Shown: one piece after another, positions 8,351-17,173 of the stretch
Layout of the letters: each line of letters opens with the position of its first letter
Numbering within the stretch: the first letter of the stretch is position 1
Assembly: GCA_945865805.1 (NCBI GenBank)
Contig: CAMBGJ010000002.1
Coordinates: forward strand, 1 to 42,596
Direction of reading: 5' to 3'
Source: Bordetella parapertussis
Lineage (GTDB): Bacteria; Pseudomonadota; Gammaproteobacteria; Burkholderiales; SG8-41
Length of the DNA: 42,596 nt
The notes under the pieces: model-generated
Databases searched by the model: none
Told to the model about the DNA's origin: nothing
Seen by the model: the letters and a program-made list of their open reading frames with translations, nothing else
Made by a program: the position numbers and the translations under genes

Positions 8351-9061
8351 ATGCCCCAAGCCACTGGCCTCATCACCGTCCGCCTCGGCCCCACGCGACC
8401 TGATTACGAACCAGAATTCAACGACTGGTACGATCTGGAGCACGTGCCGCAACTCACCGCGCTGCCGGGCTTTGTGCGCACGCGGCGTTACCTTTGCGAA
8501 AAATCCGACATCCGTTATCTCGCGTGGTACGAAACAACGGACGACAGCATCGAAGCCGGGCCAGATTTTCAGCACATCGTGAAAAACCCGACGCCTTGGT
8601 CGGTGCGCATCCGCAAGCTCTACGAAAACAATCGTGAGCGCATGAACTTCAAACTCATGTGCGATGTGGCAAACGCCAGCGCCACCTTGCCCGCTGGCGG
8701 CGCACCGTGGATGTATATCGTACACACCGATATCCCCGATCACATCATCGACGAATACAACGCCTGGTATGACAAGGAGCATCTGCCGCGCTGCGCAAAT
8801 ATCCCCGGCGTGCTGCGCGCGCGGCGCTACACTTCGGTGGCGTGTACCTCCGGCAACATCGGGCCGAAGTATCTGACTGCCTATGACCTCACCGGCCCCG
8901 AGGTGTGGGAAAGCCCCGCCGCGCAAGTGGCGCGCAAAACGCCGTGGACGGAAAAAATGCGTTCACTGTTTTCGCATACGCGACGTGCGTTGTATCAGCG
9001 AGTTGCGCCTGATGTCGAACATGATCAGGCAGTGAAAATGCCGCGGATCAGCATCACATGA
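8351..9061 (+). CDS. Hypothetical protein made of two tandem homologous halves (EthD/DUF4286-like dimeric alpha/beta-barrel guess)
   Basis: The ORF is 8282..9061 and I place the start at ATG 8351 (MPQATGL). The motif EFNDWYDLEHVPQLTALPGFVRTRRY recurs as EYNAWYDKEHLPRCANIPGVLRARRY. Confidence 0.6.
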   Translation: MPQATGLITVRLGPTRPDYEPEFNDWYDLEHVPQLTALPGFVRTRRYLCEKSDIRYLAWYETTDDSIEAGPDFQHIVKNPTPWSVRIRKLYENNRERMNFKLMCDVANASATLPAGGAPWMYIVHTDIPDHIIDEYNAWYDKEHLPRCANIPGVLRARRYTSVACTSGNIGPKYLTAYDLTGPEVWESPAAQVARKTPWTEKMRSLFSHTRRALYQRVAPDVEHDQAVKMPRISIT

Positions 9062-9100
9062 ATCCCTTGCGCGCTATCGACAAGCATGATTATCTATCTC

Positions 9101-9194
9101 TGTCATTCCCGCGCAAGCGGGAATCCCTAACACTATTCCATATGGCTCTCCCTATGGCACTCCCTATGGATTCCCGCTTTCGCGGGTATGACAG
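9101..9194. repeat. MITE-like element, family R2, with hairpin-forming terminal inverted repeats
   Basis: tgtcattcccgcgcaagcgggaatcc....ggattcccgctttcgcgggtatgaca. Each arm is itself a hairpin (attcccgc-N4-gcgggaat). A second copy lies at 37882-37963. Confidence 0.8.
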
Positions 9195-9230
9195 GGATGG
9201 TTGTTTGAGCTTTGCATTTAAAGGCGGACT

Positions 9231-10031
9231 ATGAGTCAAGCAAATGACCTATTGTTAAGCCGCATCGACGACCGTGGCGACGCTGGCCACATCGCCTACC
9301 TGACCGTCAACAACCCCAGCCGCCGCAACGCCCTGGGCATGGCCGGCAAACGCGCCATCGCGGCAACTTTCAACCGGCTCGCTCAGGACGACAAGTTGCG
9401 CGCCGCCGTGATCACCGGCGCGGGCGATAAATCGTTCATCGCTGGCGCCGACATCCATGAAATGAAAGACCTTACCCCCGAAGAAGCCGAGGTCGAACAC
9501 ACGCTCACGCACGTCGCCAACGAAGCCATCCGCAATTTTCCGGTGCCGGTGATCGCGCGCATCAACGGTTATTGCCTCGGCTTTGGCATGGAACTCGCCG
9601 CCGCCTGCGACCTGCGTGTGGGGGTCGATAACGCCAAATTCGGCATGCCCGAAGTGCGTGTCGGCATCCCGTCGGGCATGGAAGCCGTGTTGCTGCCCAA
9701 GCTCATCGGCTGGGGCAAGGCCGCCGAACTGGTGTATACCGGCGACATCATCGACGCCGCTGAAGCCTACCGCATAGGCTTTTTGCAAAAACTTGTGCCC
9801 GCAGCAGAACTCGACGTCGCCGTGGAACAATGGATCACCTCGCTGCTGCTCGGCGGCAAACGCGTCATGCGTCTGCAAAAATCGTTGCTGCGAGATTGGG
9901 AACGAATGTCCGTCACCGATGGTATCTGGGCCGGCATCCGCGCCTGCGTCGAATCGCGCCGCACCGACGAGCCCAAGCGCATGATGGAAGCGTTCATCAA
10001 TCGTAAAGTGCCCAAGAAAATTAATCAATAA
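9231..10031 (+). CDS. Enoyl-CoA hydratase/isomerase (crotonase) family protein
   Basis: 266 aa with the crotonase fold signatures AVITGAGDKSFIAGADI and INGYCLGFGMELAAACDLRV. Confidence 0.85.
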   Translation: MSQANDLLLSRIDDRGDAGHIAYLTVNNPSRRNALGMAGKRAIAATFNRLAQDDKLRAAVITGAGDKSFIAGADIHEMKDLTPEEAEVEHTLTHVANEAIRNFPVPVIARINGYCLGFGMELAAACDLRVGVDNAKFGMPEVRVGIPSGMEAVLLPKLIGWGKAAELVYTGDIIDAAEAYRIGFLQKLVPAAELDVAVEQWITSLLLGGKRVMRLQKSLLRDWERMSVTDGIWAGIRACVESRRTDEPKRMMEAFINRKVPKKINQ

Positions 10032-10059
10032 AAACAAATGCTTACAATCACATAATCGT

Positions 10060-11031
10060 ATGTTCACACGCTCATCACGCCACGCCATCGCCGCGGCTTG
10101 CTTCGCCTGCTACAGCGCCGGTGCTGCACACGCCCAAACCTACCCCACCCGAACCGTCCGCCTGATCGTTCCCACTGCCCCCGGCGCGGGTAGCGACACG
10201 CAGGCGCGGCTGATCGCCAAGCGTTTCACCGAAAGCATGGGCCAGCCTGTCGTGGTGGATAACCGGGCCGGCGCCTCGGGCGTGATCGGTGCGGAACTGG
10301 TGGTACGCGCGCCAGCGGATGGCTACACGCTGTTGTTTGGCACGGCGCAGATTCCGATGAGCATGCTGCTGCTGAAAAAACCGCCGTTCGACATGGTGCG
10401 CGATCTTGCGCCGATCAGCCAGGTTTCATTGGCGGCGCAGGTGCTGATGGTGCACCCCAGCGTGCCGGCGCGCTCGGTGCCAGAGCTGGTCGCGCTGGCG
10501 AAAAAGAATCCCGCCAAGCTCAACGCCGGCTCCAGTGGTAACGGCACGGCCAATCACATGGCGATCGAGTTGCTGAAACTCGCGGCGGACATCCGCGTCA
10601 CACACATCCCGTATCGCAGCGGCGCGCCCTCCATCGCGGCGCTGATTGGCGGCGAGACAGATTTTTGCTTCAGCGGCGCGGTAACCGCGCTGCCACACGT
10701 GCGTTCGGGCAAGGTGCGCGGGCTCGCAGTGACATCTCTCAAACGCGCTGCCGCCGCGCCGGATTTGCCGACGCTGGATTCGATCTAGCCCGGCTACGAC
10801 TCGGCCAATTGGTACGCGCTTTTCGCACCGGCCGGCACGCCGCCCGCGATTATCGCCAGGCTGCATGGCGAAACTCTCGGCTCGTTAAAGGCGCCGGAGG
10901 TACGCGATTTCATGATCGGCGAAGGCGCAGAGCTGGTGGGCAGCAACCCGGCGGAACTGGCCGCGTATCTCAAACGCGAAATCGAGCGCTACGGCAAGGT
11001 CATCAAAGCCGCGAATATCAAGCTGGATTAA
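10060..11031 (+). pseudogene. Bug-family (TctC-like) substrate-binding protein interrupted by a single in-frame TAG at 10786-10788
   Basis: The ORF ends ..APDLPTLDSI*. The same frame then continues PGYDSANWYALFAPAGTPPAIIARL...KAANIKLD to the TAA at 11029-11031. This restores a full-length receptor of about 323 aa. Confidence 0.8.
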
Positions 11032-11532
11032 GCGTCGCGCCGAGCATTCGCTTCCAGCACCAACGACATGCCGTCGGACAACTGCGACATGCGGGCCAGC
11101 ACGTCTTCGAGTAAGGGTATATTGTGCTTCAGATGCGCGGCGTATTTCATGCCGATTTTCGCCTGGCAACCGCCGTCCACTACCAGCTCATTGTTGTAGA
11201 GGCCCGCTTCGACCAGCGGCTTCGACGATGGCCTTGGCCATGCCGCCACCGCCACCGCATACACCACCTTACCGCCTGCAGCCTACACAATGCGTGATCG
11301 TCGGCCCCTGCACGCCATCGCGTTCGCCGATCACATCACAATGGCGCTTTTACCAAAAAACAGTTTTCCATCGTCGTCCTTTCGTAGATAATCCGCCGCG
11401 CTGACTTCGCCCACGTGCGCCGATGCCTTGGTAGTGTATGGCATCCCCCGTGCACGGGCTGCGTTTCGCAACCAACGCGATAACGTGCGGTCAAACACTC
11501 GCCCTCATTCAAAACAACATCAGGAATCAACC

Positions 11533-12549
11533 ATGCACGTCTCAGTAGATGCATTATTTTCGGCACACCCCTTCCGCACCCTGTTAACCGTGGCCGCGTG
11601 TAGCGCGCCGCTTGCCGCGCTGGCGCAAACCCCGGCGGCTGGCTCGGCACAGGCCTATCCCACCAAGGCCATACGCATGCTGGTGGGTTTTGCGCCGGGT
11701 GGCGGCACCGATACGGCGGCGCGTTCGATCGGCACCAAGCTCTCCGAACGGCTGGGACAAACCGTGGTTATCGACAATCGCCCCGGTGCCGCCGGCAACA
11801 TCGCCACTGAACTGACCGTCGCCGCCGTGCCCGATGGCCACACCCTTTTGCTGGGCTCGATTGCATCGTTTTCGATCAATCCCAGTCTCTACAAAAAACT
11901 ACCGTTCGATCCGCTGAAAGACCTCGCGCCGCTGACGCGTGTGGCAGATTCGACCAACATCCTGGTGACGCATCCGACCACCGGCGTTAAAACCGTCAAG
12001 GAACTGATCGCGGCGGCGAAAGCCAAACCCCTGAATGGCGGCTCGTCCGGCGTCGGCGGCGCAGGCCATCTGGCGATTGAACTCTTCAATCTGCAAACCG
12101 GCGTCAAGCTGACGCACGTACCCTACAAGGGCGGCGGCCCGGCGATGATCGATCTGTTGGCCGGCAATATCCATCTGATTTTCGCCACGGCGGCCAGCGC
12201 GGTGCAGCATGTCAAGGCCAACAAGATCAACGCCCTCGGCGTCACGACGCAAAAACGCTGGTCGTTCATGCCGGAAATCCCCACTGTTGCCGAAGCGGGC
12301 GTTGCCGGCTTTGAAGCCAACAACTGGTACGGTTTCATGCTGCCGCTGCAAACACCGAAACCCATCGTGGCGCGGCTTAACAAGGAAATCGGCGCGATTC
12401 TGCTGCTGCCCGACGTGAAAGATTTCCTCTTCCGCCAAGGCATGGATGTCGCCCCCGGCTCGGCGGAAGATTTTGCAAAATACATCCAGTCCGAAACGGT
12501 CAAGTGGGAAAAGGTCATCAAGGCCGCGGGTTTGTATAAATCGAACTGA
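11533..12549 (+). CDS. Bug-family (TctC-like) substrate-binding protein
   Basis: The ORF is 11428..12549. I place the start at ATG 11533 (MHVSVDALF...), followed by the signal peptide ..APLAALAQT. Motifs: YPTKAIRMLVGFAPGGGTD, VPYKGGGPAMIDLLAGNI and WYGFMLPLQTPKP. Confidence 0.9.
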   Translation: MHVSVDALFSAHPFRTLLTVAACSAPLAALAQTPAAGSAQAYPTKAIRMLVGFAPGGGTDTAARSIGTKLSERLGQTVVIDNRPGAAGNIATELTVAAVPDGHTLLLGSIASFSINPSLYKKLPFDPLKDLAPLTRVADSTNILVTHPTTGVKTVKELIAAAKAKPLNGGSSGVGGAGHLAIELFNLQTGVKLTHVPYKGGGPAMIDLLAGNIHLIFATAASAVQHVKANKINALGVTTQKRWSFMPEIPTVAEAGVAGFEANNWYGFMLPLQTPKPIVARLNKEIGAILLLPDVKDFLFRQGMDVAPGSAEDFAKYIQSETVKWEKVIKAAGLYKSN

Positions 12550-12651
12550 TTTTGCGTGTAATCCCGTGTGCGCGCGAGCTGGTACGGTCAGACGGTCAGA
12601 CATTCAGTCCCCGCACACGTTGGCGTCTTTGTTTATCGCGCGCCAAATAAA

Positions 12652-12674
12652 ACTTTCTGCCGCAGGCAGAAAGT
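12652..12674. terminator. Bidirectional rho-independent terminator between convergent genes
   Basis: A 9-10 bp perfect stem, (a)ctttctgcc-gca-ggcagaaag(t). It is preceded by aaataaaa, which reads as a T-tract on the minus strand, and followed by taatttg. Confidence 0.7.
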
Positions 12675-12682
12675 AATTTGTG

Positions 12683-13468
12683 TCAAACGGGAACCACACT
12701 ATCACCCACGCGTATCTCCCCGCCCGCATCCGATAACATCCCCACGCCAAACACCGGTTCTTTCTGTGCGAACGCCTGCACCAGCGTTTGCATCACCTTC
12801 AAGTCACGTTCACCCGTGCGCGGATTGGCGTGGGTGGCGAGGCAACGCACTTCGGGTTTATCGACCACAAACTCTACCGCGCCGACGCGCAACTTGCGAC
12901 CCACCCACGATTGTTCTTCCCACGCCGGCACGCCCTCGATCACGATGTTATGGCGGAAGCGCGCTTCATCGAGGTTGGCGTCGTTAAATGCCACTGCGGC
13001 GGACGCCAGACTTTCGCGGCTGTGCAGAGTGACCATACCCCGCGCGTTGTCCTGGTAACGCGGCGTTTTGCCGTCGCCCGCCAGCTTCAACGGCAGGCGC
13101 GTGGGCTCGCCTTTCAGCGGATTTTCTGCCAGCGACAGCACGTAGCCGGTAATCGCATCGACCAACCGCTGGCGACCGGCTTCGCTGAGATCATCATCTG
13201 CAAGTATTTGATTTTTATAGGATATTTTTAACCGCTGCGCCTGTTCGTCAAACCTGATCTGCAACAGCGCCAGCCCCGGCGTGTTGACCAGCACCACGCC
13301 GTGGTACTTGCGGCACCACTCTGTGTCGGCCACCGGTGCGTCGGCGAAACGAAAATTCAGCACGCGGTCGCCTGCCACGCGGCCGCCGGGCAGCACGGTG
13401 ATATGGGATACGGATTCGGGCGTGAAGCCTTTGACTGGATAGCGGTATAACGCAACAATTTTCGGCAT
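12683..13468 (-). CDS. MOSC domain-containing protein with an N-terminal beta-barrel domain
   Basis: The ORF is 12683..13564. I place the start at ATG 13468 (MPKIVALYRYPVKGF), preceded by aggagaaa. The C-terminal region is MOSC-like and carries the conserved Cys (PEVRCLATHANP). Confidence 0.8.
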   Translation of the reverse strand: MPKIVALYRYPVKGFTPESVSHITVLPGGRVAGDRVLNFRFADAPVADTEWCRKYHGVVLVNTPGLALLQIRFDEQAQRLKISYKNQILADDDLSEAGRQRLVDAITGYVLSLAENPLKGEPTRLPLKLAGDGKTPRYQDNARGMVTLHSRESLASAAVAFNDANLDEARFRHNIVIEGVPAWEEQSWVGRKLRVGAVEFVVDKPEVRCLATHANPRTGERDLKVMQTLVQAFAQKEPVFGVGMLSDAGGEIRVGDSVVPV

Positions 13469-13536
13469 GGCGTTTCTCCTCATTTTTATTAAACCGCATG
13501 ATACCGCCACCGGCCCAAACCTACCGCTCCCGCTCA

Positions 13537-14676
13537 TCAGGGCAATTGGCGTACGCGGTGGCACAAATAACTGCCCGCCAACATCAGCGTCCCGGTGGAG
13601 ATGAACACCGGTGCCAGCCCAATCATCGCGCTCAAGGTACCGAACGTGATGGGTATCACCAGGTGCATCAGATTCACCACGGTAAAACGCACGCCCAGCA
13701 CTTCACCCGAACGCCCTGCGGGCGAGCGGTTGTAGACCATCAGCAGCGACAGCGGCTGTCCGCAGCCCAGGCCCAGGCCCAGCAAGAATGAAATCAGGAA
13801 CAAGGCCGTGACGCCGTCAAAAAACGGAAACAGAAAATAGCTTACGCCAGTCACAAAAAGCGCGCCTGACATCACTGTTTCCTCGCCCCAACGGCGTAGC
13901 AGCGCCGGCATGATCACGCGCATCAGCAGCGCGGCGATCGCCTGCGCGCCCATCACCGTGCCGATCATAGTGGCCGAGAGTTTGATCGAGTGGCCATAGA
14001 TCGGCATGTAGAAGGTGTACAGGTCGATTCCCGCCACCACGATGCCCGCGACGATCAGCGTCAAGCGCAAATCGCGATTGCGCAGGATTTCCAAGATGCT
14101 GCGGCGGCTGGCCGTATGATCCTTGGGCCGTGCCGGTGGAATGTGCTTGCGGCAGGCAAACCAGATGGCGCTGACCGCCGCCAGCACCAGACCCAACGCG
14201 AGGAATGCCATGCGATGGCCGCCGTGGTCGATGATGTAGCCCACCAGCAGCGGCCCGGCGAGCCCGCTCGCCGCCAGCCCGATGCTGTAATAACTGATAT
14301 GGCTGCTGCGCGAACTGGCATCGCCGATGGATGAAATCAGTTGCTGGGTCGCCACGCCAAAAAAAACCAGCGACAACCCGCTCAACAGCGACGAGACGTA
14401 CAACGCCGGCAACACCGGAAACGCCAACGGCACCAGCACGCCCGCGCAAAATCCCGCCATGCCGCCAAACACCGGCCAAAAGGCACCGATGCGGTCAATC
14501 ACGCGCCCTGCGTACACCGACAGAATCAGCGGAAACACCGCAAAGCAACCAATCAGCAAACCCACCGCCGCCGGTGATGCCCCCAATTCCAGCGCGAACA
14601 ATGACGCCAGCACGCGCACGCCGATAAAGCTGCCAAACGTCAAAAAGCTAAGACCAACAACCAGCCAGATCAGCAT
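13537..14676 (-). CDS. MFS transporter
   Basis: 379 aa and highly hydrophobic with many TM segments. The loop motif GRVIDRIG is typical of MFS TM2-TM3. Confidence 0.8.
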   Translation of the reverse strand: MLIWLVVGLSFLTFGSFIGVRVLASLFALELGASPAAVGLLIGCFAVFPLILSVYAGRVIDRIGAFWPVFGGMAGFCAGVLVPLAFPVLPALYVSSLLSGLSLVFFGVATQQLISSIGDASSRSSHISYYSIGLAASGLAGPLLVGYIIDHGGHRMAFLALGLVLAAVSAIWFACRKHIPPARPKDHTASRRSILEILRNRDLRLTLIVAGIVVAGIDLYTFYMPIYGHSIKLSATMIGTVMGAQAIAALLMRVIMPALLRRWGEETVMSGALFVTGVSYFLFPFFDGVTALFLISFLLGLGLGCGQPLSLLMVYNRSPAGRSGEVLGVRFTVVNLMHLVIPITFGTLSAMIGLAPVFISTGTLMLAGSYLCHRVRQLP

Positions 14677-14809
14677 CGGGAAGGGAATTCACAGTAAGGC
14701 GCGACGTACGAGACACGCGGGCCGCGCGGGAAGCAGCGGCGGGGCAATACGAAAGGAGCGTCATTTTAGCGTAAACTTGCCCGCTTAAACTTTATCATCA
14801 GGGGAACTC

Positions 14810-15700
14810 ATGGAACTCAACAACAGCATTGGCATCACCAGCCCCGGCGACATGGGCCAGGGTGTGGCCATGTGCATCAAGGCGATGGGCTTTAACGTAT
14901 GCATGGCCTCCGACGGCCGCAGCACGCGTACGCGTACGCTCGGCGAAAAGGCCGGGCTGACCGACGTGCACTCGATGGAGAATCTGGTGAAAGAATGCGA
15001 CATGGTATTGTCGGTGCTCGATCCCGGCGCCGCTGTCACCAACGCCAAGGCGGTTGCCGCCGCGTGCAAGGCCACCGGTCGCAAGATTGTGTTTGTCGAA
15101 TGCAACGCCATCGCTCCCAATACCATGCACGAAATCACCGGCATCCTGCAGGCCGTGGGCTGCACGGTGATCGACGCCGGTATCATCGGCCCGCCGCCGC
15201 GCAAGGGCGCGAAGCAACGCTTCTATGTCTCCGGCCCGGACGCCCACCTGATGCAACGCATCCACTCCGAGCAGATCAACGTCAAGGTCGCCGGTGAAAA
15301 GATCGGTGATGCTTCGGCGGTGAAGATGTGCTACGCCGCGCTCACCAAGGGCAGCATCGCGCTCGGCACGGAGCTGCTGATCGCCGCACGCAAACTCGGC
15401 GTCGATCAGGTGCTGGAAGCCGAATTCAAGGGCAGCCAGGCCGACATGCACGCCTCGGTATTAAGCCGTGCTGCGGGCATGCCGTTCAAGGCCTACCGCT
15501 GGGTGCCGGAGATGAACGAAATCGCCAAAACGTTTGAAGGCGCAGGTCTCACGCCCAAAATGTTCCAAGGCATATCCGATCTCTATGCACAAATCGCCGT
15601 CACACCGCAAGGCAAGGAATCGCCCGAAGAAGCGCGCGACAAAAAACGCAGCGGCGCTGAGGTGATTAACGGCTTGGCGGATACGATCAAGCCGGTTTAG
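14810..15700 (+). CDS. NAD(P)-dependent oxidoreductase (6-phosphogluconate-dehydrogenase-like NAD-binding domain plus DUF1932-like C-terminus)
   Basis: 296 aa. The N-terminus IGITSPGDMGQGVA is a Rossmann motif, and the start is preceded by an aggggaa RBS. Confidence 0.7.
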   Translation: MELNNSIGITSPGDMGQGVAMCIKAMGFNVCMASDGRSTRTRTLGEKAGLTDVHSMENLVKECDMVLSVLDPGAAVTNAKAVAAACKATGRKIVFVECNAIAPNTMHEITGILQAVGCTVIDAGIIGPPPRKGAKQRFYVSGPDAHLMQRIHSEQINVKVAGEKIGDASAVKMCYAALTKGSIALGTELLIAARKLGVDQVLEAEFKGSQADMHASVLSRAAGMPFKAYRWVPEMNEIAKTFEGAGLTPKMFQGISDLYAQIAVTPQGKESPEEARDKKRSGAEVINGLADTIKPV

Positions 15701-15721
15701 CGATTAAGGACGACCGACCGT

Positions 15722-15771
15722 CAAGGCCGCAGAAACGACTCGCCACCAAGGCCGCAGAAACGACCGGCCAT
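15722..15771. repeat. Tandem 25-bp direct repeat (2 copies) in the gap between convergent genes
   Basis: caaggccgcagaaacgac occurs twice with perfect identity (15722-15739 and 15747-15764). The full units match at 22 of 25 positions. A short hairpin, ccggcc-atcac-ggccgg, follows. Confidence 0.85.
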
Positions 15772-16685
15772 CACGGCCGGTAAGCCGAGCGCCGGTCGCG
15801 CCGGAAGATGATGGTGCTGTCGGCCACTTCTTCGCGGCTGCGGCCAAGACGGATTTCACCGGAGCCTTCGAGCACGATTTCACCGCGCAGCAGATGCACT
15901 TCGTCGCCGCTGGCGAAGGTGACGTAGGTGCCGTTGACGCTGTGATCCACCAGATAGAAACTCGAACGCGTCAGCCGTATCGAGCAATGCTGGCGCGAGG
16001 CATATTGATCGAGCACAGAAATATCGCTGCCCATATCGCGCCCAAGCGACACCAGCGGGTGCCAGCGATCCACGCGCGCGAACGCATCGCCCAACTCCAC
16101 CACCAGGCTGCCCGCGTCGGCCGGCAACACGCGCGACGCCATCAGGTTAACGTCCGTCAGATCCATATTGTCGGAGCGCCACAACACCTGAAAAATCGCC
16201 GATTCGCCGGTGCTGCCTTTTAACGCCGCACGAAACAACGGCCGCACGCAGGATTTCAGCACCTCGGGTAATGCGTGCTCGGTCGCCTCGGAAAGCAGAA
16301 TTTGATCGGCCATCGCCACGTTGGTCAAAAACGCGGCGGCGTTCACCGTGTCGCCGAAGACATCGCCGTTGTCGACCAGCACCGGCCCCGCGTGCAGGCC
16401 GATATGCATGCGTATCGGGTGGCCGCCGGGCACTTCGTCGGCAATCAGGCTTTGCATTTCGCGCGCGGCGCTCACTGCGTCACCCGCATCGGGAAACACG
16501 CACATGATCGCATCACCCAGCGTTTTTACCAGGCGGCCGCCAAAGCGCGGCAACAATTTGACCAGGGCAGCCAGACTGCCGTTGATCGCATTGCGCACCG
16601 CGACATCGCCGAGCTGATTGTATAGACGGCTGCTTTCGGTAACGTCCGCGAATAACACCGTGAGTGTTTGACTCTCTCTTGCCAT
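15771..16685 (-). CDS. Class III adenylate/guanylate cyclase domain fused to a C-terminal FHA domain
   Basis: 304 aa. The cyclase-homology domain shows LTVLFADVTESS, VKTLGDAIMCVF and GDVFGDTVNAAAF. The FHA domain shows LGRDMGSDISVLDQYASRQHCSI...LVDHSVNGTYV. The start ATG is preceded by an RBS (gagg). Confidence 0.85.
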   Translation of the reverse strand: MARESQTLTVLFADVTESSRLYNQLGDVAVRNAINGSLAALVKLLPRFGGRLVKTLGDAIMCVFPDAGDAVSAAREMQSLIADEVPGGHPIRMHIGLHAGPVLVDNGDVFGDTVNAAAFLTNVAMADQILLSEATEHALPEVLKSCVRPLFRAALKGSTGESAIFQVLWRSDNMDLTDVNLMASRVLPADAGSLVVELGDAFARVDRWHPLVSLGRDMGSDISVLDQYASRQHCSIRLTRSSFYLVDHSVNGTYVTFASGDEVHLLRGEIVLEGSGEIRLGRSREEVADSTIIFRRDRRSAYRP

Positions 16686-16855
16686 GCCTCAATCCTAGCT
16701 GCAACAGGCCTGTGCGCGCAACGCTTTACCGGTAAATTCATCGACATTTACCGCGCATTTTTGCACAATGCGCAACTGCCTGTGGTTTAGCAACCCTCGA
16801 CGGGCACGGAAATCCCGCTCACTCGAGGTTAAGCGCAGCCAAACAAACGCAACCA

Positions 16856-17173
16856 ATGAAACCCAACTGGATTACCCGCCTGATTTTCGCCGCCGCCACG
16901 CTCACGCTGGTGGTGCTGGGCGTTTTCTTTCTCACCGTGGCACTGGCCGTGGGCGCGGTAGTGGCCGCTGTTATCGGTGTACGTTTCTGGTGGGCGCTAC
17001 GCAAGCTAAAGCGCGCGCAAGCGTCGTTTGATCCGGCACCCGCTACCCGCAACGACACGGTGGTTGACGGCGAATATCGCGTGATCGAACACGAAGCGCC
17101 ATCGGTAAAGCAACTGCCATCCAGCGACGCGCCGCCGACACCCGAAGCTAGTAGCACTCCACCTGCACGGTAG
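16856..17173 (+). CDS. Small hypothetical membrane protein (two predicted TM helices, Pro/Ser-rich tail)
   Basis: 105-aa ORF divergent from the cyclase gene. It has a hydrophobic N-terminus (LIFAAATLTLVVLGVFFLTVALAVGAVVAAVIGV). No clear RBS is present. It overlaps the convergent protease gene by 26 bp. Confidence 0.4.
   Translation: MKPNWITRLIFAAATLTLVVLGVFFLTVALAVGAVVAAVIGVRFWWALRKLKRAQASFDPAPATRNDTVVDGEYRVIEHEAPSVKQLPSSDAPPTPEASSTPPAR

Noticed and set aside
15771-17173. A Pycsar-like antiphage pair (nucleotide cyclase plus small TM effector).
   Set aside because: The 105-aa membrane ORF is too short to hold a cyclic-nucleotide-binding domain and shows no such motif. The cyclase carries an FHA domain and lacks the catalytic Arg. 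The genes are divergent rather than forming an operon.
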